A stretch of 64,000 nt of DNA from Octopus sinensis (Eukaryota): contig NC_042997.1 in NCBI RefSeq assembly GCF_006345805.1, positions 59,272,001 to 59,336,000 of the forward strand, written 5' to 3'. The position numbers were made by a program, and so were the translations under genes. The notes below the pieces were generated by a model. The model was not told where the DNA came from, made no database searches, and saw only the letters and a list, made by a program, of their open reading frames with translations. Of the stretch, positions 1-13,800 are shown one piece after another; within the stretch, counting starts at the first letter, position 1, and each line of letters opens with the position of its first letter.

Positions 1-2202
1 AGGCAAGGTAAAACATGTCAAAATGATGATAAATTTTATCATATATTTTCACTGTTGATAAATGTATCTGATGCTGAAAAAGAAATACAACTTGTGCATC
101 TTACATGTAGTTAGGCATAGTCCTTGAAAAGTAAAGTTATAATTCAAAATAGACTTTCTACCTTGTCACAGAAAGTTTGTGTGATTTTGTAACAGGAGCA
201 TTTAAGCCTTTTACATGATTTCAAAACAAAATATATCCGAGGAAAATCTTTCATTTGGAATAAATTTAGGTATGTATGTAAGCATAAATATGAGTATATT
301 TACACACACTTCATATAAACTGTCTTGGATTGAAGGCCTTGAGACTACAAAGAGAACTTAGTGACCACAATAATATAATATTGTTAGAGGATGGCTTGTA
401 ATTCTAAAATTCCAAGTTACAAATACTACTATATACCTTTAGCCTAAACTAGCCAAATCAGGCCCAAATATTCAACCTGTTTTAAGTTCAAAATGGCCAG
501 ATCCAGCCTCTCACACCTACAGTGTAATGTCATTCTAAAAATAAACAATCTCATCATTAAAATCTTGAAGCTGAGATAATGTATGATCAATTCAAAACAA
601 TGTCAATAAATATTACGTTTGACAGAATAATCTAAACGATAAAGGAATATACATAAATAAATGCTAAACATTGTGCATGTATTCATTGAAGACTGCTGCA
701 GTGCAAACCTATAACTGAGTGCACATTAGACTAAGCATATATTGTGTGCAGTATATCATGTACAATCAAATATATCAAATAATATAACTAAAGAAGTATG
801 TTCAAAACTAAAATAGTGAAATTTGGGAAAAGCAGGCTGAGAAAATTATATAAGGAAACAACTCAAACAAGTACATATTTACAAAAGTATACTCACACAC
901 ACATACCACTCCCACAATATAACCCTAGATAATGTATTTATGTAGTTGGTACAAAATCCTAAACATGTCACAGAATGTAAGGCAAACAGGGTTGTATTTC
1001 CTGATGAAAATATTTTACAAGAAAGGCCAGTGATTCTGAAACAAACTCTCTTCTACTTATATGTTAGCATATTTATGTTGTCCTCCCACAGAATATATTG
1101 GTCTCAAATTTTGACACAAGCCAGCAAATTTGGGGGAGGGGGTAAGTTTATTATATCGACTTCAGTGCTCAACTGGTATTTATTTTATCAACTCCAAAAG
1201 GATGAGAGGCAATGTTGACCTGGGTGGAATTTGAACCTAGAATGTTAAGATGGATGAAATACCACTAAGCATTTTGCCCAGCATGCTAAGATTCTGCCAG
1301 CCCACTGCATAACTTACCCACAGAAAATAGTGATCACAATAACACATAGAGATGTCAAAGTAGGGCTATATATAAATATATATGTACTTGAATACAAACC
1401 CTAGCTGCTCTTTTATATACACACACACACACGAACGTGTTGACAAATGGAAGGAAGTGGCACTCAACACATTTTGTAGAAGTTACATTTTTAATAGCAG
1501 CTTGTCTCAGCTTCATATGAGTTAAAAATCTATGAGCATGTCCATCTTATCAGTAAAATGGAAGATGAGATAAATTCAAGATAGCTTCTAGATGTTAGGC
1601 TTCGATTGGTCAGCTCAGGTCACACGGTATTAATGCCGGTGTTACTTCCACATCATTAATGCTGTGACCTGGGATGACCAAAATAGAGGCCTGATATTTA
1701 GAAGCTATCTTCAATATGTCTTAATCTGTAACTCTTCTGATATGTTGAGATGGATGCATCCTATATGCCCACAAAACATTCAAGCCATATGGACATTCGT
1801 CAAACTGTTATTAATATATATATAAATACTCACAATATATACCAGTGTTGTAGTGCTCTAACACAAATTACCAAGCTAATGATAATAATAATCATATGAA
1901 TAACAACAACAACAACAATAATAATAAGTCAGTTATTATTGTAAAAAGATTATATAAAAAAAAAATTCTGTACAGTTACTGTACAATTTGCACAATATTT
2001 ACAAAGTTATATTTAACCACATGGAAATTTAGAATTTTAGAAAGAAAAAAACAAAACAAAACAAAAATAAAAACTAAAGGATTCACTGAAAAAAAAAATA
2101 CTCAGTAAAACTGCCTGACAACCATATATACGAAATGTCACTTACTGTATTTGGTCTGGTAACATGAAGCTTGCAAGGTTTACTTATGATATACACATAT
2201 AA

Positions 2203-2337
2203 TGATGTATATATATATATATACATACACATATATACATACATATATATATACATACATATATATATACACATACATATATATATATATATACACACAC
2301 ATGCATATATATATACACACATATATATATAATATAA

Positions 2338-2373
<36 letters not shown>
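2203..2373. repeat. (TA)n/(CA)n compound microsatellite (similar tracts at 3080..3375, 22272..22311, 49088..49240, 49415..49593, 62263..62371, 63240..63362)
   Basis: Read directly. Confidence 0.95.
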
Positions 2374-2379
<6 letters not shown>

Positions 2380-2933
2380 AAAAATTAACAGAATGAGATA
2401 AAAATCCAAGGCTGAGAAAGATTTCAGAACATTTGTAAAGGGAAGGTCTTATAGCTGTTTCTGGGATATTTTTATTTATCCTTTCATTGGTGACGGTGCA
2501 AGAAAATGGTTAAGTAATAGCTATTCTAGGGAAGATATGAAATAGAGAGTGAAGTGAAGGAATGAAAACAGACGTGAGATATGCAGGGATATTGTATCTG
2601 CAGATCCATTATTTCAGCAGAATGGTATACATGTAAGTTTTTTCCTGTACCTTGTTTGTAAGTTCCAATAGTATCTAAATTTGGTCATTCCAAGCATAGA
2701 GTTTGTAAACGGTGTTACTGAATCGAGGTTTATTTTTTGAAGTGACTAAAAAGTTGGGAATGTGTTTCATTCTCAACCTTAAGAATAACTATTGCTTAAC
2801 TATTTTCTTGCACCGCTGCCGATGAAGGGATATATAAAATATCCCAAAACAGCTATAAGACCTTCTCTTTATAAATGTTCTGAAATCTTTCACAGCCTTG
2901 GATATTTATCACATTCCGTTAATTTTTTATATA
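2374..2933. mobile_element. MITE with about 150-bp TIRs in TA-rich context
   Basis: About 2374..2526 is the reverse complement of about 2783..2933 (aaaaattaacagaatgagataaaaatccaaggctg... / ...cagccttggatatttatcacattccgttaatttttt). Confidence 0.8.
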
Positions 2934-5900
2934 TATGCATGCTGATATATGACTGACGTTGGACTCCTCATTCGTATAATCACTGAACCTGGAGCTAAAC
3001 TATAGTCTATCCATAGCACTTATTCAGCATTAACTGACACCTTTGGGTCTTTTTGACACCATTTACCTCTCATAATCTCTCTCTCTCTATATATATATAT
3101 ACATATATGGACAATATATATACACACACATACACATATAATCATGATGATGATGTATATATATACATACATATATGGATATATATACATACATATATGG
3201 ATATATATACATACATATATGGATATATATACATACATATATGAATATATATACATATATACACACACATATACATATATGGATATATATATACATACAC
3301 ACACACATACATATATGTATAGATATATATAAATATGCATAGATACACATCTATATACACACACACACATATACAGCATACAATTGACAGAAAGTACAAC
3401 TTTTGTCTTTTCTAATATTTTTTTACACACATTTTTCAAAATTTATTTTTTCAAAACCTTATATAAATATCATTGAAGAAAGATGTTTTGTATCAGGAAG
3501 CACAGTTTTTTTTTTAATTAACTTTATTATTGTGGAAATATTTTTTGTTTGTTTTTACAAGAGTCGAGGCAGTATGGAGGTGGAGTAGAGAAGAAAAAAA
3601 TATATAATTGGTTCCTGGGGGTTAAAAATTAGTTGGGAAATGATAATGTATTAATGGAAAATGGGAGATATTAATAATAAAATAAAAATATAAATTTGCA
3701 AAGTCAATAGCGACTCCACATTGAATTTGAAATGAAATGGAGTCCTTAGATTCAATTAAAGCTGAGTTTATTAGATTTCAATTTTCAAATTTTTTTTTTA
3801 TTAAAACTGATGTTGACCAACTCTGGCAAAAGATATAGTTTTAGGTTCATAGAGAAGCCCACCTACAATTTAAGTCCAGCACATGTTGAAGGCTAATTAC
3901 CAATGAGGATGATGAGAATGATGATGACGATGATTATGATGATGATAATGAAAATGACAATGATAGTGGTTGTGATGTTGAAGATATCGAACCCATGTAT
4001 CATAAATTCATTCATTCTCCCACCCAAGCCATAAAGATAGAAAAAAAAATTGTTTTTATAGTGGACTGTTAGAGTTAGTATGCCTGCCCATAAAAAAAAA
4101 AGTCACCTCCATGCTTGTTTGCTATTTATCTGGTAGGCACTGTGTCTCCATTTGGTAAGAATGAGAAATCTCTGGTTCCAAACAGACTGTACAACTCGTG
4201 AGCTATCAATAACAACAAACAAAAATAAAAAAGACAAAATACCATTCCTAAACAAGTTAGGATTATTGCAACAGCTGGCCAGAGCTGTTTTTGTCTAGAG
4301 CTTTTTTGCAACCTGGTGACACCCATCCTTTTTTGCCAGACCAAGACAAACAAGCACGAAGCACTTTTCCTAAGGACAGTACAAAGCTTATGATGAAATC
4401 CGAACTCATTATTCATGAGGTGAGAGGCACACCAGATCCACTAAGGTGTTACAACCTCTAAAGACTACAGAAATAATAACTACTAATAGTAAATAATGGA
4501 AGAATATAAGATTTCTCTCATTTCTGCTCCTTTCAAAAAGTCTTTCTTATCAAACAATGCTGTTTAGGATAGAAGCAGCCAAACTGACTAAAAATATGTA
4601 TTAGGAATGAAGAGGAAAAATCTTTTATTCAATCATTGCACTGTCAGAAGAAAATATAAAAATTTTTCTAAATGGATAACTGATATTAAAAAAAAAATGA
4701 ATAAAATAGTCACACACACACATTTATATGCAAACATACATGGTAACTCTTTGGAGAAAGGAAAAGCATTAAAAAAATTTAAATTTAAAAATACATTTAA
4801 AAATCTCAACCCATATTCTTCTGTTTCAATAATCAGGGGAAAAAGATCTTTCAAATATATAAATACTCACATACATTCTTTACCCACCCATGCTTAAATG
4901 CAAATAAGCTTAAAAGTTTCAAATATTAAAAAAGAAAAATAAATAAAAATTAGAAAAAAAAAAGCTTTTAAATACTATAAATACTTTCACACTTAACTCA
5001 CTCCCCTTTTAAATGCAAATAAACATAACAATTCCAAATAAAGGAAGGAAAAGAAAAAGCACTTTATGTATGACCATAAAAAAGTTTTGAGCTGATATTA
5101 AAGATAATTATACAAGGCAACTGTGATGTTAATTGGTGATTATGAGAAGTTTTTTGTAATGTTTCTTTTGTGTTTATGTTTTGCATGTGGACGTGACTTG
5201 GTTAGGGTAAAATGGAATTACACAAAAAAAAGGGAATGGGGAGAAAACCTGTACAGTTTGCACTGACAGTGTTACGCACAACTGAAATGCGTATATACAC
5301 ACATACCCATAATGCTGGTGATCACAAGTACTTCAAAACCTTTGCATTAGATTTCAGAGTCACTTTGTTTTGTTTTGTATTTCCTAGCAACATCATCACA
5401 AATGATCATAGAAAGAGAAATATATAAAAATACCTGAATGGGTCAAATCTGAGAATGTAGCACAATTAGCAAGCCATCTGAGCATAGTGCTTCAGTCCAG
5501 ATCCCAACTAGGGTGTTAGTTCAGCCCCTCCTCCTCATACCACCATACAAGTTCAACAGCTTTCCACTTTCCCCACCTTTCTAGGTAAAAGTTTTTAAAT
5601 GTTTAATTCATACAGTCGTAGTAATACTACAAATAATAATGGTTTATTTTCTCTTGGCACAAGGCCAAATTTGTAGGAAGGAAGGGTATAGTTGACTGAA
5701 TAACCCACAATGTGTCATTTGGTCCTGATGAGATGAAAGGCAAAGCTGATCCTAGTTAGATTTGAGCTTAGAACAAGGCATTGAAGTGATACCAAAAGCA
5801 GCCTATCCAGCTCTCTCAAGCAACTGCACATTACTATTTTCAGTAACAGCAGTGATATAACAATAATGATTTCTGAAAGCCTTGAATTTATTGAAAGAGA

Positions 5901-6526
5901 GGAAAATGAATGTGGAAAGAGAAATGCCTTTTCCTTGATCCTTTATGATGGAAATGAAACCAGGATGCACATGTAGTTCTTTGAGAACCAAATTCTGCAG
6001 CTATGGCACTCATGACATTACATAATAATGATAATAGTAATTCTTTGAATAGGCATTAGCCCAAATTTTATTCATTCCTAATATTGTAAGTAATTATTTC
6101 ATCAACACTTACAGGATTTGAACTTTGAAAAGAGAGATACCAAATCCAACATTTAAAGCATCTCTTCCAGTGCTTTACCGTCTTTAATAATAATAATAAT
6201 TTTTCTCAAGATACATCTCCAGTACTTTGTAGGAAAAGTATAGGGTTGAGCTGAGATTTAACTGACACCAGTAAAATTACATGTAGTTCATATTTTACAC
6301 CCCATCCCACCCCACTAGGGATGAAAGGCAAAGCCAACTTTGGTGGGATTTGACCCCAGAGCCAAGACAGCTTTTAGCCAAGTGATACTACCACTGTCCT
6401 GGCCATTGCCTTTAATTGTCCTTTATGAGAGCCATGGAAGGGAAGGTAAAAAAAAATTAAATGTGGTGAACAAGGTCAAGTGGAGGGAGAGTAGGGCATT
6501 GTATCAAACACAATGAGGTTGCTATA

Positions 6527-7803
6527 TTAATACTGGTTTTGGTTGTAAGAGTAACCTGTCTGACCTTGACTAGACATCTGGCTATTAGGCATGTGTGACT
6601 GACCACTGTTGCTACTTCCACCACCACTGCTATTACTGTTGCTGCCAACACCACCGCTGCCACCACCACCACCACCACCTCCACCACCTGCCCCGCTAAC
6701 ACTGTTGCTCATACTATTTGACTGTTGCATTGAATTACTTCCTGACACTGGCATTTGGTTTTGTCCACCCATTTGATTGCTGTTGGGATTCATTTGTCCA
6801 CCACCACTAGGCCCCATCGGACCAGACATAGAAACTGGAGTAACAGACATAGAACCAGGAGGACCAGACATGGAAACAGGAGGACCAGACATAGAAACTG
6901 GTGGACCAGACATGGAAACAGGTGGACCAGACATTGGACCTGCTGGACCAGACATGGGTCCTGGTGGACCAGACATAGGACCTGGTGGTCCAGACATGGG
7001 GCCTGGTGGCCCAGACATAGAACCTGGTGGGCCAGACATTGAACCAGGAGGACCAGACATAGATCCTGGTGGGCCTTGCATGGATCCTGGTGGACCTTGC
7101 ATGGGACCAGGTGGGCCTTGCATGGACCCTGGGGGACCTTGCATAGAACCAGGTGGGCCTTGCATGGATCCTGGTGGACCTTGCATAGATCCTGGTGGGC
7201 CTTGCATGGAACTTGGTGGGCCCTGCATAGAGCCAGGTGGGCCCTGCATGCCTCCAGGAGGACCTTGCATGCCTCCAGGAGGACCTTGCATACCTCCAGG
7301 AGGACCTTGCATACCTCCAGGTGGACCTTGCATACCTCCAGGTGGACCCTGCATACCTCCAGGTGGACCTTGCATACCTCCAGGTGGACCTTGCATGCCA
7401 CCAGGTGGACCTTGCATGCCACCAGGTGGACCTTGCATACCACCAGGTGGACCTTGCATGCCACCGGGTGGACCCTGCATGCCTCCGGGTGGACCCTGCA
7501 TAGAACCAGGTGGACCTTGCATGGAACCAGGTGGAAGAGGTCCAGAAGGTGGCATACCTGGTGGACCCTGAGGAGGTCTATTATAGGGGTTATAGCGTGT
7601 TTGAGATTGACCACCGCCAGGATAGTTTGTGTACTGTGACTGTGGAGACATGTTGGGTCCAGGTGCTGGACCTCCACCAGGTCCTGGAGCTTGACTGTAA
7701 CCTGGTTGTTGAGTGTAAGACTGCTGTCCTTGACCCTGAGTGTATGGTGGCTGTGAATTATACTGCTGCTGGGCATAAGCTTGCTGCTGACCATACTGCT
7801 GGC
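6527..7803 (-). CDS. SS18: SS18 terminal coding exon 7, including the heptad repeat and poly-Gly; ends YSYNQNQY*
   Basis: Polypyrimidine tract plus gacag acceptor at 7804; open to TAA at 6529..6527 (ORF 6527..7810). Confidence 0.9.
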
Positions 7804-10800
7804 CTGTCAAGAGAAAAAAAGTATTGCATTAAGATAAATTTGATCAGCAAAAGTTCATTCTCAATGGGTTGACACATCATCTACATAAAATTTTGCATTT
7901 TTACAACATACTCCAAATAAATATTGATATCTTGGAACAAGTTTGTTATTTCTAAAATAATTATGTCACAGTTACTCAATGAATCAGAGACACTCTTAAG
8001 AATTAGAATTTACTTTTTCTAACAGCTAGGGCATAAAAGTTCACCAGAGTGAGGTACAACTGTCTTGTTTGATGAGATCCAGTGGAAGCAGGTTTTCAAC
8101 TTATGATTCATGCAGGTACTTGTTTAAACAAAGTGACAGTGCATTTAATGTTGAAATGAACAACTCGTGCAAAACTTTGCTTTTCTTTCTTTTTAAAACA
8201 ATTTCTAATCTAATCATCAGTTCAAAATTCACTGCCACCTCCATCAACTTTTAAACAATATAATGTTGTCTATTAAGAAATCTTCAAATTCCTGCATCCT
8301 TTTTAATTAAGGATATAAATACTAGTCAAGAGAAATCAAATTTGGTAATATGAAATTATAGCATAAACATATTTCTTTTAACTCAAACTAAGTTTAATTC
8401 AGGATACTAGAATTAAGCAAAAGATTTTACCACCTCAATATTTTCTGTAAACAAACAATAATACTTAAGTTTCTAAGAATGAAGGAGAAGAACTAGCAGT
8501 TTTTCCACTATAGTTAAATATACTTGACTCTATATAGCTATACAGTTTTTAATCATTTCTTCAGGAGGAAAGGGCATTGACCATGACCTTTTACAGGATC
8601 CCCAAGACAGTAAAAGGAATGGCTACAACAGAGTGGATTGTGCAAAAAGCATACAAAGACCAGGAGATATTGTGAAAGTAGGCAATAGATTCAATCTACC
8701 ACTCATGTAGACCACAACAGGATTTGAATTCTGAATGCAAGAAACCAGAACGCATAACACAAGGCATCCCATTTGACATTCCAATGATTCTGCCAGTCCA
8801 CTGCCCAAGACTGGGAGTTTTTTGTTAACTCCAGAAGATGAGTGGCAAAGTTGACCGTTGCAAAATTTGAATTCAGAGCAAAAAAAGCTGGAATAAGTAC
8901 TGCAAAGCATTTTGTCTGGTGCTAACAGCCAATTTATTGCCTATAAAACATTAGATTTAATCTGTGAAATGATTGCATTACTGCCAATCTCTAGGGTATA
9001 TTTCCATACCCAAAACATACAGAGTAGAAGACTGTAATAGAGACTTAAATAGAGTAATACACTTGATATGCGAATATCTGTGCTACAGAAAATTTAGGGG
9101 CAAAATTATGGGGACAAAGTAAATTTAAAGGAGGATGGTTTGTTTATTATTAACTTTATATGACTGCTTACTCTTTCTTTCCCACAAGTTACAAGGATAT
9201 ATAACTCAGCAATAAGAGAAAAGACATAGTGACAAGAGAGAATGAAAATAGACCAAAGACTTGTCTCTGAACTTATTTTTAATTTGATTCCAGTTGAATA
9301 ATTGCAAGTAACTAGCTAAATACTAACAGAAAATAAAAATATTCCAAAATTTCTCAATAAAATCACTTAGGGTTAGTGGGTTTTGATGGAAAGGGAAAAA
9401 TAAAAAGACAGTTAAATAACACACTTCCGAAAATGTGTAAAAAAAAAAGTTTCTGAAAGTGTCTTTCACCTTGCATATTGAGCCTACCCTGAGATGGTGA
9501 TCTCCTATAGGCATTGGGTGGTGGCATTGCTCGTGATCCCATTGGTTGATTTGAAGGTGGCGGTCCTGGAGAAGGCCCACTCATCATAGGATTGTTGCCA
9601 GCTTGACTCTGTTGCATCATTGACTGCTGTGGTGGCATAGCCTGACCCTGAGACATTCCTGGAGGAGCTGAAGAAGATTGTGACATCATAGGTTGTTGAG
9701 GACCTGGATAACCCTGTGGACTTTGGGGAGGAGGCCCTTGTTGCTGTTGAGACATAGGTGGACCGTAGCCAGGTTGATTGTTCATAGCATTTGGAGTATT
9801 CATTGGAGGACCTACAAAAAACATTTAAAAATACCAATAATGCATAGTTTACTAATATATATGTACACAGACAGACAACTAATTTGTTAGATCAAAACAA
9901 TAATTTTTTCTTTGTTTACATTGACTCTATTTATTAACAACCTGTAATAGTTGATCTTTAAGCTACCATAATCTATTCTTAGGTTAATGATGAGTATATC
10001 AATAATTACATTCTTCCACCAAAATGCCAAAACTATATATACAATCAAAGAATCAGACACATGGATTGGATGATTTGTGTTTGGAAAAATGCTCGAAGGA
10101 GCTAGTAGTGGCAAGGGAAGAGAATCTAGAGTATTTAGGTGAAGATGTTGAATTCAAAAGAATTAACATATAGTATGTACAAATTGTAGAAAAAAAGAAA
10201 TAAAAAAAACAACCAAATTCTAAAACAATCACAACAAAGAAAATTATTTAAAATTTGACAAGATGATATTGTTTATATTTTCCCTGAGATATTCAACAAC
10301 TCACAAAATCAGAAACACCAAATTTAGAATTACCTGCACGTGATTTTCCTTGTGTCATCATAGCTTGCTGTTGTTGATTCATTTGTGGCCGAGAATAGCC
10401 TGACATAGACTGCTGAGGTCCATTGTAACCAGGTTGGCCACCAGCAGATGTCATTGGCATACCAGTACTACCTGTTATGTAAGAGTTTAGAGGTCATTTA
10501 CAGTTTTACCACAAACAAATTTATTGGGCTAGAGTCAGAATAAACAAAAATATAACAAGTACAGAGTATACTTTCTATGACTTTTTATTCTTTCTTCTTG
10601 ATTTATATCCATTCTTCCATAGTACCGTGGCTGGATTTAATTTCGTATATTTATTCTCGAACAACTAATCCTTAAAGCTAGAATGTTTTCCAATAAATCG
10701 CTCATTAACTGTATGTATTAGTTGACACAAGAGTTAATGACTTTGATTGGGTTGGTGCATAATTAATGACCAGTTTTTTTTTATCAATTGTAAATTAAGT

Positions 10801-13800
10801 TATAAAACAGTCATTAATTATGCACCAATCCAATAGATAACAGCTAACTTCACTGCTACTGGTTACATAAATACAGTATCTTAGATCAAGCTGATCGTTT
10901 CTGATGAACAGCATACATAAAAGATTAAACACTGTATCCAACAAAATCAAGAATTTATTCCTTAAAGCAAAAACATGAAGAAACTTTTAGATTGGACTTC
11001 TTAAAGTCTTCTGTACTTAAGTTACTTCCATCAATAAACATTTTACAAAATGGATACAAAGCACCCTATTTTAAAAGAGATAAGAACTTAAATGATATCT
11101 AACAAGTACACAGCCATACATTTTGAAACAGGAACAGCTGAATATAGCTAGTAGGTACCTGCTACTTATTTTATTTACAACAGAAAGACGGAAGGTAAAA
11201 TTAGCAGTGATGGATTTTGAACTCAGAAATATAAAGAGATGTAAATAAAAGCCACCAAAGACAACACTGTATGGTTCCTAACAACTCAAATGCTATTCAA
11301 CAGATTAAATAAGGTAAATATCATGGAACAGCTGCTGCAAGTATATATCATACCACCTATCAAGCTCATGGTAGCTGACAGCAACTATAATACTTAAATC
11401 TTCAGGTTCTGTAACATATGCATTCAAAATTGCCAATGCAAATTGACAGGATGCTTAGTAATAATGGCAAAATAACTTATATATAAAATAATAATAATAA
11501 TAATAATAAATTCTAGTTTATTGGCCACAAGGGCTAATATAAAATCAAAAACATGAAAGGGCAAACACAGGACGATAAAAACAAAGGATTTTGTGAAAAA
11601 GAAAGGTCCGTGTAAACAAGTAAAAAAAACTTTCAATAGAGGGAGGCACATTGAAAGGTTACTCATGGAAAAATCCATAAAAGCCATGAGAGCCTGGTCA
11701 AATGGCGAGAGAGCCCCGTCTTTTATATTTCTTTTTTTTACAGGTGTAATCTCAGAATTGGTCCATTCATACTGGCCATGTTACCAGCATTCACCCACTT
11801 TTCAACAAATTTGCTGTGAGACAGCACTTTCCTCTCTACTCTCACCTTCCTTTTCAAGTGAAACTTGAAAAAGTTGATGAGGCCTTGGCCAAAGAGGAAA
11901 GTCTGACTTTAGTCCTTTCAAATGTGTCAACTGTACCACCTCTTTTGCTACAGCCACCAGACAAATGAAAATTGCCATGCCATCCCGGTTAAAGGCGGTC
12001 GGCGGGGCAATCTTCACTACAGATTCAGCTGATAGCCAGATCCATCCTACACACAACAGTAGCTGTTCGACATAAATCCACAGGTATTGGACACTGGACG
12101 AGTGCGTGAAGAATGGTTTGGTCATTCTGAGCTCACCTCGGGCAGGCCTGGCTGACAGCACTTCTGTGCTGGTAGAGTTTATCCCGAACATGCAGCGCCC
12201 CTCGGTAGCACTGCCAGACAAGGGACTTTTGGAAGTTATCCATGGGCCCCGGCCCAAAAGTTCTGCCAAAAAGACTGCTCAGTTGGTCATTGTTGATGCC
12301 TAGAGTTTCCCTGAGAATGTCATCGCACTTTTCCTGCACTAACCCTCTATAGAATGCTAGAGTGGAACTACTACTGATCGCATTGCCCACCTGGCGGAGG
12401 GTGGTGACAGCTTGACAGCACTCAAGGTGCCAAGCGCCCTTTCTTGGTCTACGTTTGATCCAAGATTGCAGCTTCGTCAAGGACATGAGCCGTGGAAAGG
12501 AGAGCCTGACAAACGGCAACTACACCTACTCACCATCTAGGAAACGCTTGAGATGCCGTAGCCTGAGCGCATGTCTGCGCATCAGCAACCATGGCATGCC
12601 CAGGCCTCTGTTCAGTGGCTGTTGACAGCAGATGGAGTGCCTGACCAGTGGTACCTGACCTTTTCACATAAAGTCAAAGAGCAAGCGCACCAGCTTGGTT
12701 AACCAGCGGTCGGAACAAGGGATGACAGCCAAGCAGTAATAGATAACAGATATGTTGAACGCATTCGCCACCTCCGCTTGATCTTCCAGAGACAGCTTCC
12801 TCTCGGCTCATTTCTGGGTGAGATTAGCCACTCTGCTCATCACCTAATCCCAGTTTTTCTGCACCTGGAGGTCTGGACCAAATCAGACCCCAAGCAATTT
12901 AACAGGACCGTCTGTCCAGCACCCCACAACACTGTTGGACAGCATGGACTTGCTCCTCCAGGTCCCAAATTGCAAGCCCACAGACTTTCTGCATTAATTT
13001 TCGCACCTGTCTCCACTTCGTATTTGCTTAGCATCTCGCCAATCAGGTCGATGTGCCTGTGGCATGACACCATTACGGCGACATTGTTGGCATAGGCAGA
13101 CATGCTCCTTCCACATCCCAGATCACACAGGAAACCCTTCAAAGCCTCCAACTTCTACAGTAATGGCTTGAGAGTCATTATGTAGAGGAGGGAGGAGAGA
13201 TGGCATCCTTGGCGGACTGAACGCAAGATATTGAACAGTTCCGAAAGGTGACCACTCTCCCGTATGACTGAGCTGATGCCACTGTACAAAGCAGCAATAC
13301 ACTCACAGAAGACCAGACCAAAACTGGCTGCCAAGTGTCGATGGTCAACCCTACAGAAGGCTTTAGACTGATCTAAATTGACCAAAGCCCCACCTGTACC
13401 AGCTTCGTGATGTAGCACAAGAGATGGAGGTTATCGAGGAAAGACCTGGTCAGCATGGCGCATGTCTGCGCCTTGCCAATCAGCTTGTCCTCTTCAAAGA
13501 CATTTTGGCAAAATATATAAGTTTCAATACAAAACTTCAAATTTTAAAACGAAAATTTCACCCCTAAAAGGAGAAAATTCCACCTAACCGACTAGCTCAG
13601 CAAGATCCCAGTCGGCTTGGCTACACAAATATTCAAAAATATAAAAGTGTTAAGCAAAATTGCCAATAAAAATTGGCCCAAAACTCAGCCTCTGGAGACC
13701 CGTCAGTCATCTTTGAAAAAAATAATAATAATAAAACAACAGCAGCAATTACTAGTACTGTATAAAAATTACAATTCTCAATAGTTATACAACTGTTTGC

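Noticed and set aside
2083-3439. YI/YT/CV-rich ORFs (also near 49145..49681, 62124..62480, 63131..63526)
   Set aside because: Translations of (TA)n/(CA)n microsatellites
4126-4416. 96-aa minus-strand ORF with a hydrophobic stretch
   Set aside because: No recognisable homology or splice context; the hydrophobicity comes from a T-rich tract in probable 3' UTR or flank. Ribo-seq would be needed.
6815-7528. Collagen-like or CRISPR-like reading of the GPP repeat
   Set aside because: The period is 7 residues, not Gly-X-Y; units are contiguous with no unique spacers
6755-7872. Long overlapping ORFs on the plus strand and in alternative frames (264, 187, 120, 334 aa)
   Set aside because: Shadow frames of the stop-poor 21-bp repeat in SS18 exon 7; no independent start or splice evidence
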